In this document: positions 27,796-40,673 of the stretch, piece by piece
How positions within the stretch are numbered: the stretch's first letter is position 1
Layout of the letters: every line of letters begins with the position of its first letter
Assembly (NCBI GenBank): GCA_016748015.1
Contig: JAAOMT010000776.1
Span: 555,496 to 619,495, forward strand
Length of the DNA stretch: 64,000 nucleotides
Direction of reading: 5' to 3'
DNA from: Geosiphon pyriformis uo1
Lineage: Eukaryota > Fungi > Glomeromycota
Translations under genes and position numbers: made by a program
Notes under the pieces: generated by a model
Databases searched by the model: none
The model's input: the letters and a program-made list of their open reading frames with translations, nothing else
Told to the model about the DNA's origin: nothing

Positions 27796-28693
27796 TATTA
27801 CTTATAAAAATAAGATTTATAATAGGTAAAAAAATAGCCAATAAAAAAAAATATAGTAAATAAAGAAATTTTAAAATTTTTTTTGAGAAATTACAGAATT
27901 TTGGAATTTTTTTCAAGGAATTGCAAGATCTCAGAATTCTAAAATTTCAGGATTTTCTTTAAAAAAATTAAAAAATTTTAAGAAATTTCATATAACACGA
28001 ATTATATATATAGTAAGAGTATTAAAAACCAAAAAAACAGTTTACAATTTAGAATTAAAAGACAAAACAATAACTAAAGATAAGTAATTATCCAATACTC
28101 CTTCTTTCAAAAAATAGTTTTCTATAACTTGAAGTGAAATTACCATATTTTAATAAAATATCTATTACTATTTAATTTATGTTGTTATTACTTAATTAAA
28201 ATTAATCATTTCTTTACTATTAACAATCTATATAGATAAAACCTAATACTTAACTATATTGAATCAATAACTCTTAATTATAACTATTAATGAAATACTA
28301 ATTTCTTATTTAATTTTCTTATTTTCTTTTATTTTTCTTTTATTTTTCTTTTATTTTTTTTTGTTTTGTTTCTTTATTATTTATATTAATTAAAAAAATT
28401 AGATATTAAGTAAATTTACATTAAAAATAGCTTGATAAAAGATCTGAAAACAAGAATAAAAAACTTAAAGATAGCTTACCAAAAAGGCATAACTGCCAAA
28501 ATAAACCAGTTATCATGTTGAAGAAAAAAATTCATAAAAAAAACTCTTTAATTAAATCTCTGTTCATTATATAAAAGACTTAACCAAAATTTTTAAACTC
28601 CAAAACTTTCAAACACTATTATTATCAACAGTTACTAAGCATCAAATTATGGATATGTTATTTGCTTTAACACTTCAAATAATATCTATAACA
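27796..28693 (+). repeat. G4 3' LTR
   Basis: TATTACTTATAAAAA...TATAACA followed by TSD TTAT. Confidence 0.85.
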
Positions 28694-30690
28694 TTATATA
28701 GTAATTGTATTTTTATTAAATTTGACAAAATTAAGTTAATATTTTCAAAGAATAATTAATTTAATATAAAGCTTATTATTAAAAAAATTAATATTACATT
28801 TTTTTATATAATTAATATTAAAATCACATTTAGTTTTAATCAATATTATATTTATAAAAAGCTAATTTATAGTTTTATTAAGAACAAATACTTTATCTTA
28901 GACAACATAAACCAAATCTCTAAGTTTTAAATACAAAGCAAAAAAAGTGTTTAAAAAAATAGTAACCAAAATAATCAAAGAGCCAATAAGTCCTATAATA
29001 GATTTTATCAAAGCAATTAAACTTAAAATTTAAGATTTCAAAAAAACTAATCCAAATTTAATAATATTATTAACAATAAAAACAGTTAAAAAAACAGCAA
29101 AAAAAGATATTAAGAAAACAAATATTTTAACATAAGTTTTTTTATCAATAAAAAATTTAGAATTAATAACAGACTTAATAAAAAATTTAAGTAATATTTT
29201 ATAATTGACAAAAAAATAATTCAGAGTTTAATATTTGTAATAGTAACAATATTCAGAAGTTTTTTACCAAATATGATATTTATATAAAGTATTAGTTTTA
29301 ACTATAGTAAGATTTAAATATTATAATAATAAAGTATTAACAATGATAAAAATTAGAAAAATAAAAAATAAAACAAATACAATTGTTAATTTAAAAAATC
29401 AAATTAATAATTTTGAAAACAATATAACCAAAAAAAAATTAATTAACTTGGTCTTAAAAATATTATATAAAATATTATAAAGTATAATAGAAATAAGAAA
29501 AAAAACCAAAAGTTATTAAAGAAATTTTTGTAATTTTAAGTATAATTAAGAAAAAAAAATTTTAATAAAAACTTAAATAGTCATAATTAAAAAAGTCTTA
29601 AAAACAAAATTTACATAAAACAATTTAATATTGTTTTTTAAAACTAAATTAAATCTAATAAAACCAAATAGCAAATAGAACAAAAAAATAATTAGAATTA
29701 ATTTAATCTTAAAAATAGTACTAAACACTAAAATAAAAACTATTTACTCAAAAAACTTTTAATGACTAAAAATTATTTTTACCAAAAAACAAAAAAAATA
29801 TTGATTTAATTTCTATTTGGTTAGTTTAATTTTTAAAATTTTATTTAAAACTACAAAAAAATTTAATATAATAATAGCAAATACTAATAATTGAAGCTGT
29901 TTTTTAAAGTTTTTGGTTTTTTTAGTTATTTGTAAAATAATAATAATAGTATTTGTAATAAAAATAAAAAAGATTTATTATTAACTAATCTATTATTAAA
30001 AACTTTAAAACTTTTAAAAATGATAAAAACAACACTAAAATTAATTTAAATGTCTTTTAAAAAAAACTTTAATTAAAAAAAACTACTAATTAAAATAAGA
30101 AAAATGTTTTAGAAACTAACAAAGACAGCTTTTTATTATTAATATTTAAGAAAAATATTATTAGAATATTTTATTTAACTGTTTTAACAATAGAAATTTT
30201 TTTGTTGAATTATTATAAAATAAATAATATTTAAAACTTTTTACTTTTTGTTTTAATTGTAGTCATAAAATTAAGAAAAAAAAAAATTTTTTAAAAAAAA
30301 AATTATATGTAATTATTATATATCAAGCATAAATCAAAACTAAAAAAAGTAATTTGTCAATTAATAATATTAGTTTGTTTAATAAAATAAATAGTTTTAT
30401 TAATTATTTATTTAAAAATATTGTTTAATTATTAGATATTCAAAAAATTTGTCAATTGTTTTTGGTTTTAAAAAAACATATGTTTTTTTAAATATTAACA
30501 ATAATATTTGTGTTATTATAAATATATAATATAAATTATATTTATTTTAAAATATTTATTATTATATTATAATAGATAATAATTAAATTTTATTTGTTAG
30601 ATAAAAAAATAAAATAAAATAATATTGTTATTTTATATTATTATAAAATATTTATTTATAAATTTTTTTATTTTTTTATTTTATTAATGT

Positions 30691-31639
30691 TGTTACTGGA
30701 GGTTTTTGGTCTCTTTTTTTGAATGTTGTAAATGTCTGTTGGTTGCAAATTTACGTTTTCTAGAAGTAGTTGAACCTCCAATAACTGAATTTATCTTTAA
30801 ATTATCTCCTATAATTTGAACTGCTGGGCTTATAAGTAGAATGACCAATTCCATGCCAGTTACTTTATGTAGTTATGTTATAGTGAATGTCAACTCTTTC
30901 CCAGGAATTGCTTGTCTGGAAGCTTACTAAAAATGTGTAGTTACTTTGCTGTGAAAGTCAACTCTTCTACAGAAATCTTGTCTGTAGGCTACCTTAATGA
31001 TTGTAATAAGAAAAGAAAAAAAAAATAAAGAAATATAAAAGAAATAGAATTTTGTCAAGGGAAACGTTTTTTATCCAGACCTGGAGTCACTAACAGTTTA
31101 CTGAAATTGGTAGCTAATCAATTTCAAAACGTTAGTTGGGTTTTGAGGATTTTCCAAGTGCAATAATTAAAGAATTTGGTTTTTCAAATTATTTGATATT
31201 TATTTTTTTTTGTGTGTATAGGAATGGTTCTAAGTAATAAATCTAAAGTAAGATACATTTTTTTGAAAAGAAAAGCTCTTTTTTTATACAACTTGTTGTA
31301 GTACTAGTCTATGAACTTGCACTTTTTCTCTTTGCTCAAATTTCGGCAAACTAAAGTTACATTTTGATGAACTACAAGTTATTTTGCTAAACTATTGATT
31401 AATTTGGGTGAACTATTCATAATTTCGGCAAATTTCAGAATGTTACAAAGTTCAAAATATTGTGTAATTTGATCATCCTACTTTCTGTTATACTAATTAG
31501 ATTATTTAATTGAATCATAATATGTGATAATTGATTAAATAATAAATAATAATTTGAAATAATATTAATATACTAATTAATTATAGAAATTATAAGAGTA
31601 ATTTCATGCTAATTAATAGCTAAAATTCTACTGGTAACA
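30691..31639 (-). repeat. G2 3' LTR (949 bp)
   Basis: TGTTAC...CTGGTAACA. It lacks three array units (61 bp) present in the 5' LTR. Confidence 0.93.
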
Positions 31640-32327
31640 TAATCTTCTCTTCAAAATTAAGCTCTGTCAAAGTCCAAACACTATCTGTAATATTGAGATA
31701 GTGATCCAAAATAATTGAAGTAATCTGGTCTGAAAATTGTTGAAATTTCAGTTCTGTGAGTTTGCCAATGTATTGAACTTTCATTGGTTGTAGTATTGGA
31801 TTTTGTAGAACATTTTCACAAGTATTAAACAAATCATAGAGTCTAAAAGCTGCTCTAAGTTTGTAGTGAGTGTTTGTTGGTCCAGCTGCTGTTTTGAATT
31901 CATTATGAATTTGTTTTTGTATAGCTTCAGAAGTGAAATTTGTTGTTTCAAGTTCCAGTTTTTGTTCATAAAGTGTCTTTTCAATGTGAAAGTATTTATA
32001 GATAAGGGTGTGTCTATTGTTCTGTTTATTGAGAAGTAGTAGAAGTTTTTATTGCATTGTAGTATTTAGTGGAATGTCAATAGGGGCAATTAAAAGATTT
32101 TCTTCTAGTGCTTGCTTCAAAAGTCTTGGTAACCTATTTTCAAAGTGACTTCTTGTTTTTCTTCTATAGGGGTGATAGTTCTGTGAATGATTTGCTACTG
32201 GGGCTGTGGTTTCTTTCTGAATGTAATTAATTTGACTTCTATTAATTATTATGGATAAGTCAGGAAGTGTTTTTAAGGCTAACATTAACTTTTGGGATAT
32301 TTGTTGAATATTTCGGGGAATAATCAT
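31620..32327 (-). pseudogene. G2 accessory ORF3 (235 codons, one in-frame TAA at 32049-32051)
   Basis: ORF fragments 32049-32327 and 31620-31832 are in the same frame, and the sequence between them is open (KLLLLLNKQNNRHTLIYKYFHIEKTL...RAAFRLYDLF). Confidence 0.75.
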
Positions 32328-32469
32328 GATAAAATTGACTAATTATGAAAAGAGAAAATAAAGAAAATTATTTTTGGATATGGAGTTTTTATTTGTTTTT
32401 GGGTTTGGGTGTTTTGTAATTATTTACTATTTTTGTCTTTGTATTTTTATTAGAGAATTATTGTAAAAT

Positions 32470-35140
32470 TTAAGTGTTCAAGTTTGGTTGTTGTTCTATT
32501 ATAATTATTGGTTCTAAATTTCGGAGAATATTTTCAGGATTAATTAAAGGGGAATGTGTACCAATTTGTGGAATTAATGTTTCAATCTGTTTCTATGTGT
32601 AACTTTTGCTAGTATTTTGTCATCAAGTCTTAACTTGTATGATCCATTGCCTAGAATTTCGTGAATATAAAATGGTCTATCCCATTTATTTTCAAATTTT
32701 TCATTCCATTGTTTTTTAGCCTTAGTTCTGTGTAAGAGAACTTTATTTCCAACTTTAAATTCATTAGTAATGGGTGGTAATTTGTTGTTATGTCTCTCTT
32801 TTTGGTAAGCTTGAGACTGTTCAATGTGAATTGCTGCTATCTTTCTTTTTTTTTCTAGTGTACTAAGAAGAGTGTAGGCCCTTCTTTGGAGTGTTTCTTG
32901 AAAGTTTTTTTCATTGATTGGTTGCACTGGGTATGTTTCCACTGTGAAATTAATTGGTAGCATTGCTGTTTTTCCATAAGTAAGATCAAATAATGTGTGT
33001 TTCATAGTATCTTGTTTTAGTGTTCTGTATGCTAGTTACACTGATGGAATAAAGATATCCCATTCCTGTTCAAAATTTGTTGAGACTTTGGCTAATGATT
33101 CACACAATGTTCTGTTGAAACATTCTACAAATCCATTTGTTTGAGAGTGATAAGGTGATAATAGAAGTCTTTTGACATTGAATTGTTCACAAATTTTTTG
33201 TATCAAGTTGTTCACAAAATGTGTTCCTTGATCAGATAAAAGTTCAATTGGGCATCCATGTCTACAAATAATGTCTTTATAGATGAAATTTGCTACTGAT
33301 TTTGTATCTGCTCTTTGAATGGCTCTAGCTTCAGGCCATTTGGTAAGATAATCTACTGCAACTGCAATATAACGATTTCTTTGGGTTGTGATAGGTAATG
33401 GTCTGACTAAATCAATTCCAACTCTGTCAAAAGATTGTCCAACTTTGATTGAATTTAGAGGTTCTGTGGGGCGAGTTCCTTTTCTTCTTTGACAACTATC
33501 ACAAGATTCTATATATTGTCAAATGTCTTTTTACATGTGAGGCCAAAAATAATGTTCAGACATTCTTTGAATTGTTCCATCTCTTCCCAAGTGTGCTGAA
33601 GACAAATCTGTGTACATGTTGTATAAAATTGTTTCTTTTTCATTCTCTTGTACTAATCTGAGTGGTTGATTTGGGTTTTTGTGATTTTTATAATAGATTT
33701 TGTTCTGGTGTATAAAATATTGTTTTGATTGGTGTTGTAAATAATGTTTTTCACTTGGAGACCAGTTTTCTGGCATAGTAAGAGTCTCCAAATAATTTTT
33801 AAGATTGCTGTAATTTCTGGAATTTATTCTTGTTTGGTTATTTTGTTGGTAGGTTGGTAAGTTGTGGTGGAATTGTTGTTGGTATTAATCTTGTCTTATT
33901 CTTAAGAGACTATCAACATTGGTATGTAGTTTTTCTGGTTTGTAGTGTACAATATATCTGTAATCTACTAGGAAGTTATTTCATTGAGACTGTTTGGCAT
34001 TTTGTTCAGTTTTCTTTTTATTGAGCCATTTGAGGCCAATGTTGTCTGTTATTATGTCAAATTTTTTTCTATTCTTCAGGTATTGTTGAAAATGTTTCAA
34101 AGCCTAGATGACTGCAGTGGCTTCTAATTCAGTTGATCTGTATTTTAGTTCTGTTGGTTTGAGTGTTCTACTAGCATAGATAATGACTTGTTCTTGCCCA
34201 TTTTCATTTAATTGTGATAAGATGGCACTAAATGCTATGTGTAAAGCATTAATGGCTAGTTGAAATTGTTTGTTAAAGTCTGGGTAAGCAAGAATTGGGG
34301 CTGTTGTCAATTTTGTTTTGAGGGTTTTAAAAGCTTTTTGTTGTTCTTTTGTTTATTTGTATGGCACATTTTTGTTGGTGAGATAATTGAGTGGTTTGGC
34401 AATTTCTGAGAATCCCTTTATGAATTTTCAATAGTAGGAGGCTAATCCTACAAATTCTCATAGTTCTGTGGTGTTTTTGGGAGTTTGAAAGTTTTTGACA
34501 GCACTGATTGTTCCTGGATTTGGTTTGACTCTCTCTTTACTAACTATGTGTCCAAAAAAGATCAAGCTTGTTTTTCCAAAATGACATTTTTTAATGTTCA
34601 ACTTTAATCCTGCTTTTTGTAATCATTGAAAAACTTCTCACAGGTGGATAAGGTGGGCTTCAAAACTTGGTGAGTATACATCAGTGTTGTCAAGATAGAC
34701 AACTACTGATTGCCATAAAAGTTCTTTATAGACAACATTCATAAGTCACTAAAATGTTGCTGGTGTATTGCAGAGTCCAAAAGGCATAACATTAAATTCA
34801 TAGTTTCTTTCTTGAGTGGTGAATGCTGTTTTGTGTCTATCTTTTGGGTCCATTTCGACTTGCCAGTATCCACTTTCCAAGTCTAAAGTTAAGAAAAACT
34901 TGGCTTTTCCTAAAGCATCTAACATGTTATCAATTCTTGGAAGAGGATAGGCATCTCTAATTGTGACACTATTCAATTGTCGATAATCAACACAGAATCT
35001 GATTTTTCTATTTTTTTTTTGACAAGAACTATTGGTGAGGCCCATGGACTTTTTGATGGTTGAATCAATCCGTTATTGAGCATTTTTTGAATCTCTTCTC
35101 TAATAAATTGGTGGCTAGTAGGTAGAATTCAATAGACTTG
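32470..35140 (-). pseudogene. G2 RT, RNase H and integrase
   Basis: FCVDYRQLN, LDLESGYWQV, MPFGLCNTPATF; APILAYPDF; WDRPFYIHEILGNGSYKL (GPY/F module). No chromodomain recognised. Confidence 0.93.
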
Positions 35141-35734
35141 TTGTCATTTTGGTAGAGCATCTCCTGTATGAATTTGGTGTTGAACAATATCCGTTTTTCC
35201 AAGGTCATTGTTGTTTTTTGCAAATATATCTGCAAATTCAGCTATCAATTGTTTTAATTGTTTTTGTTGTTGAGGTTCTAAGGGATCCATGTTGATTTGA
35301 GAGAGTTTTTCTTCCAAAAGATAATAGTTTTTAGTGATGAGAATGATATTTGAATTTGGGAGTAGAGTGTGCCTTACAATTTTGATGAAATTAGAGACAA
35401 TTTGAGGGTTTTCATCTTGAAAGATATTGTTGTGTATGATTCCAATTTCTACTTTGTTTAATAAGACAATAAGGTAATTATTGGGGTTGTAGAATGTAAC
35501 TCGAAATTTTTTCATTCTTTTGGGAATATAAACATTTGGAATTGAGATTTCATGCTTTAAACAGATTTGTTCATTGGATTCAAAGATTTGTTGGGTAGTA
35601 GTGGGTTTTGAACAAGTGTAAATTTTGTGATGTTCACCAAAAGATGAAATGGTAATTGGTTGGAGAAGTTGAAAAATCTGGTAAGATTCATTCTGTGTAT
35701 TAAGAGCTATATTTATTGGAACTGTAAATCGTCC

Positions 35735-36130
35735 AGTTGAACAAAAACCTTGTATTTCTCTTTCACTTTTTCCCAATTGTTCTCTGTTGTTAACTGATTG
35801 TAGACCCGAAATATTGATTAAGGGTAGGTAAATTGCTTGAGCAATTTTTTCAGCATGTTCAATCTTGAATGGTTTGTCTGTTTCATTCTGCAACATAATG
35901 GTAATGTCTCCAGTGTATTTTGCATCTATAACTCCTCCTTTAACATTGATTCCTTTGCTTGCCAATGATGATCTGAATGCAATTTGAACCATTGCTCTAG
36001 GTGGAATTTCAAGAGCAATTTTGAGATTGATTTTTGTCAAGAACTTTGGTTGGAGAACCAAAGTATCTTTTCCTGGATATCTTAGGTCATATTCAGCATT
36101 AATTTCATGTGCTTTTTCTGGTCTGATTCC
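35735..36130 (-). pseudogene. G2 dUTPase domain
   Basis: AEYDL (AGYDL), RSSLA, GGVIDAKYTG, IAQ and REIQGFCSTG correspond to trimeric dUTPase motifs 1-5. Confidence 0.92.
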
Positions 36131-36239
36131 TTGGCCATGGTTGTCAAAGTATTTAAGTTGTAAAGGTGGTTGCTTTTCAAAGAGATAGATGGGAGTGATT
36201 GGTAGTTTTTCTACCAGTTTAGATACTCCAAATTCGATT

Positions 36240-37460
36240 TCATTTTCATCATTTTTTTCTGACAGGAGAATGCTAAAAGCATAGTATTCTGAACACCATT
36301 TGTTATCACAAGGCATGATACATTCTTCACTCAATTGAATGTTCATTTGCTCTAATCATTGAATTTGAGCTTCTTGAGTTGGATATGTGTGGCTTGCTAT
36401 TTGGTGGTAGGTTTCTATTTCATTTTCATAATCAAATCTAGCTAATTTCATAGTATACTCAATGTATTTAGCTTTTTTCATTTGGTGGATATCTTCTTGG
36501 GTGGCTCTATTGATCAATGCCATTGCTAGGTCAAAAATCATTTCAGCATCATGAGGGTAGTGGTAAAGTTTATTGAGAGCACTGTTGTATGCTGCATCAA
36601 ATAGTGTTCCTCTTCTGACTTTTTTCGAAATTGATAAAACATATTGACAGGTCTGATCACATACTCCTTTTCTCATTGCTATATCAATTTAATTGCATTC
36701 TTTTGGTAGCATTTCTCCACAAGTAAGGCAAGGAGTTTTGTCCCATTTTCCACTTCTTTTTGGAGATCCAAATCGTTTTTTATGGCATGCTTTGCAAAAG
36801 TAATAGGTGCAAGTTTCATATTCCTCTTCTGGAGAAATACATGCTTCCATTGATGAAAGTTTTTTGTTACAATCTTTGCATTTGAGTGGAATATAGAGTG
36901 GTTGTTTTTGTGATTCTGGTGTAGAATATTTAACTTTCTTCCATTTTCTTGATTCTTCAAAAATCTCCTGTTCTGTTTCTTCAGCCCAATTGAATGTTAA
37001 TCCAAGAGCCATGTAGGTTTCAGTAAATGGCATTTCTTTCTCCTTTTCAAATTCAAATACTGGGGCTTTTTCTGATTGTTTGTTAAAAGTTTCACAAGTA
37101 GCAGATACTATGGTATATTGTCCTTGGTATGAGATTTTTAATTCCTGAGTTTCCCAGTCCAAGTTTGCATTGGTCTTGAGAAACCAATCATTTCCGATTA
37201 GAGCTTGGTATTGGGGTGCATCTATGACTAAAACTTTGACTGGAATGGTGATTCCATCAATGGTGAATAGAAAATTGTCAATTTCTCCTACTGGTGTCTT
37301 TTTCATATCATCTGCTGTAACAATTATAGTTTGGGCTGGTCTGTCAACAATTCTTTGAAACTGTTGTATTAACTGGTAGGTGATAATACTTCCAATTGAT
37401 TCACTGTCTAGAATTAGTCAAATGGGTTTTCCTTCTACTGTAGCTTCAGTATACATGGCA
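36240..37460 (-). pseudogene. G2 protease plus Cys-rich insertion
   Basis: LILDSESIGS (eroded DSG) and ALIGNDW, then CKDC, CKAC, CLTC, CDQTC and ECIMPC..WC. Confidence 0.8.
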
Positions 37461-39496
37461 GTGATAGCTTTTTGTTTATTAGCTGCTGTATTACTAAGCA
37501 AGAATGGTGATTCATTTGCTTCAAATTCGAATGGGAATATATCTGAAAGGTTGGCATTTTGGGCAATTTGAGCTGGTGGAATAGTGTTGTTGGAAGGGTT
37601 TAATCTGGGTGCTGCAACTTCACCTTCAGAAAGTGCAGGTTGTTGAAAATCCGATTCCTCTGGTATTGTAAGATAACTGAGTTGAGTGTAATAGTGATTG
37701 GGTCTTTGCTGACCAGAATTTTGGGAAACCAACTGGTTATTTGAATTAATTCTGTTGTTGTTATTCTGAAATTGATTTTGGAGTGTGAATTGGTTATGTT
37801 GAACCAATCTTCTTGCTGGTATTTGATATTGTTGAGTGGGTGGTATCTGATATTGCTGAATTGGTAAAGGTTGCTGATATTGTTGTTAAATTGGTTGTGG
37901 AGCTGGTTGATAATAGCTGTTTTGAATTTGTGGTATTGGTGAATAATAAGTTGGTGATAGGGGTTGGTAATAAGATTGTTGTGGTAAAGAGTAATATTGA
38001 TTACTCCTGTTTTGTTGGTCTCTTTGTAATTTCCTATAATCTCATTTCCAGTGTCCTGGAATTCCACAATAATGACAATTTTGAGATTGGTTGTTGGATG
38101 GTAATCCAAAATTGTTTTGGTTGCATCATTGTGGGGGTTGATATCTTTGTAGTTGTTGTTGTTGTTGTTGTTGGTTTGTCAAGTAGCTTTCAACTTTTTT
38201 TGTAAGTTGGTCTATCTTCTCTTCAGCTGCTGAGCTGGTTTTTCCAATTGCAAGGTTTACAAGCTTGGTGTGATTTGCTTCTTCCATAGCTCTTTGCATG
38301 TTTAATAGCAGTTGCCAAGTCTGCTAGAGCATGTGGATGAACTTTCTTAATCAGTTTGTTTTTTAACTCTGCTATAAACTGATCCAGAATTTGAGCATTA
38401 GAATAGTAGTCATTGGTTTCCAATTGTCAAATTTGTCTGAGAAGTTTGTTAAATCTTTCAAGATAGGTCATAACAGTTTCAGATGTTTCTTGTTTGATAT
38501 TGCAAAAGTGGTTTCTAAGAGTAATAAAGGTATTGTTGTCAGTGAATTGTTGTAGAAAAGCATCTTTGAATGCTTGCCAGTTTTCAAATAGTTCTTCTAA
38601 AATTTCAAACCATTTTCTTGCTGTTCCTTGAAGAAAGTAGGAAATTGCTTTAAGCATTCTTGCTGCAATCCAACCATTTGCATCTCCTGCTTTTTGAACT
38701 TTGTCAAGCCATTCTTAAGGACTGGTATTATTGTTTTTACCAGTGAATTCTGGAATTTTTGCAATGTAAGCAGTTGCCATTTCTTCTTCATTTTCTGTAA
38801 TTTCTTCTGGTTCTGATTCAATTTCTTCATTTTCCAAGCTTTTTGAATAATTACTTTCGTTTTTCTGTAAGTAATCAATGATATTGGCACTTGTTAATAT
38901 TGGTTCTTGTTGTTGAGTAAAATTTCTAGGTGACTGAAAATCTTTTGGTCTGAAGAAATGGTTAAGTAGTGAACTTGGTGTTTGTAGTTGAACAAGTGAA
39001 ATTGGAAATAGTGTAATAGAAAGTGGTAATTTGACACTGGTTCTTTGTTTAGGTGTTTGCAAGTGTTTGGCAGTTGTCTTTGATAATATTGGAGTGTTTG
39101 GAGTGGTTTTTGAGTATTGTTTTACTTTTTGTTTGCCTTTGTTGCTTGTCTCTGTTTCTAATTCAAAGTTAAAAGAGTATTTGGGCTGTACTGGGTATTT
39201 TCTTCACAGTACTCAATAATATTAAAATTAAGTTCTTGGAAGTAGGTAGCAAGTGTTTCACTGTTCAGGTCTTCTGTTCCCAATTGTGAATAATGCACTA
39301 AATTATTGTAGAAGTTGCTTCTAATTTCTGAAATGTTGTAGTTTCCAAAAATGTAATTGTTGATGCAATTTTCAATATATTGGTATACTGATTTCTTGAC
39401 AACTTCAATTCCATCTGGGATGTTGAATCTTTGCTTGCAATGGGTGTAAATTGACTGATGATACTCTAGAGTTGTTGTGTCTGGTGTGGTTGCCAC
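37460..39496 (-). pseudogene. G2 gag
   Basis: IAKIPEFTG, LQGTARKWF, CNIKQETSETVMTYLERF; Q/N-rich linker. Confidence 0.85.
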
Positions 39497-39541
39497 TTTG
39501 AATTTGTTGTTGCTGTGTTATTTCCATGAAAGAGCACCAAA

Positions 39542-40551
39542 TGTTACCAGAGGTTTTTGGTCTCTTTTCTTGAATGTTGTAAATGTCTGGTGGTTGCAAA
39601 TTCACATTTTCTAGAAGTAGTTGAACCTCCAATAACTGAATTTATCTTCAAATTATCTCCTATAATTTGAATTGCTGGGCTTATAAGTGAAATGGCCAAT
39701 TCTATGCCAGTTACTTTATGTAGTTATGTTGTAGTGAACATCAATTCTTTCCCAGGAATTGCTTGTCTGGAAGCTCACTAAAAATGTGTAGTTACTTTGC
39801 TGTGAAAGTCAACTCTTCTACAGGAATCTTGTCTGTAGGCTACCTTAATGATTGTAATAAAAAAAGAAAAGAAAAATAAAAAAATATAAAAGAAATAGAA
39901 TTTTGTCAAGGGAAACGTTTTCTATTCAGGCCTGGAGTCACTAACAGTTTACTGAAATTGGTAGCTAATCAATTTCAAAACTTTAGTTGGGTTTTGAGGA
40001 TTTTCCAAGTGCAATAATTAAAAAATTTGGTTTTTCGAATTATTTGATATTTATTTTTTTTTGTGTGTATAGGAATAGTTCTAAGTAATAAATCTAAAGT
40101 AAGATACATTTTCTTGAAAAGAAAAGCTCTTCTTTTATACAACTTGTTGTAGTACTAGTCTATGAACTTGCACTTTTTCTCTTTGCTCAAATTTCGGCAA
40201 ACTAAAGATACATTTTGATGAACTACAAGTTATTTCACTGAACTATTGATTAATTTGGGTGAACTATTCATAATTTCGGCGAATTTCTATAAATTTCAGT
40301 GAATTTCTTATAAATTTCGGTGAATTTCTGTAAATTTCGACAAATTTCAGAATGTTACAAAGTTTAGGGTATTGTGTAATTTGATCATCCTACTTTCCAT
40401 TATACTAATTAGATTATTTAATTGAATCGTGATATGTAATAATTGATTAAATAATAAATGATGTTTTGAAATAATATTAATATATTAATTAATTATAGGA
40501 ATTATAAGGGTAATTTTATGCTAATTAATAGCTAAAATTCTACTGGTAACA
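39542..40551 (-). repeat. G2 5' LTR (1010 bp)
   Basis: Perfect 9-bp terminal inverted repeat TGTTACCAG...CTGGTAACA. Confidence 0.93.
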
Positions 40552-40673
40552 ATGTTTTACAAGTACAGCCCAATTACTATCTAATATACAAAGTCAAAAC
40601 TATGGACTCCAGTTAAATATAATTTATATATTTACCACATGTGACTAGTTACTTAGACTAATCAAAACAACAC

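Larger units (their letters stand above)
13901..28693 (+). mobile_element. Ty3/gypsy element G4 (G3-related, heavily eroded, RT/RH deleted, carries LINE-A)
   Basis: LTRs 13901-14692 and 27796-28693, TSD TTAT (13897-13900 and 28694-28697), eroded PBS TGGTGTTCTTTATAAGAT at 14695. The gag/PR/dUTPase/IN remnants are collinear with G3. Confidence 0.88.
30691..40551 (-). mobile_element. Ty3/gypsy element G2 with dUTPase (full length, degenerate)
   Basis: LTR pair, TSD ATGT (30687-30690 and 40552-40555), PBS 39522-39539 (TGGTGCTCTTTCATGG), PPT about 31640-31652. Confidence 0.95.

Noticed and set aside
28698-30660. Extremely AT-rich region with faint codon-like pattern
   Set aside because: Too eroded to assign; no termini or motifs recognised.
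40272-40350. LTR tandem arrays as CRISPR-like repeats
   Set aside because: Eukaryotic context, no unique spacers, no cas genes.
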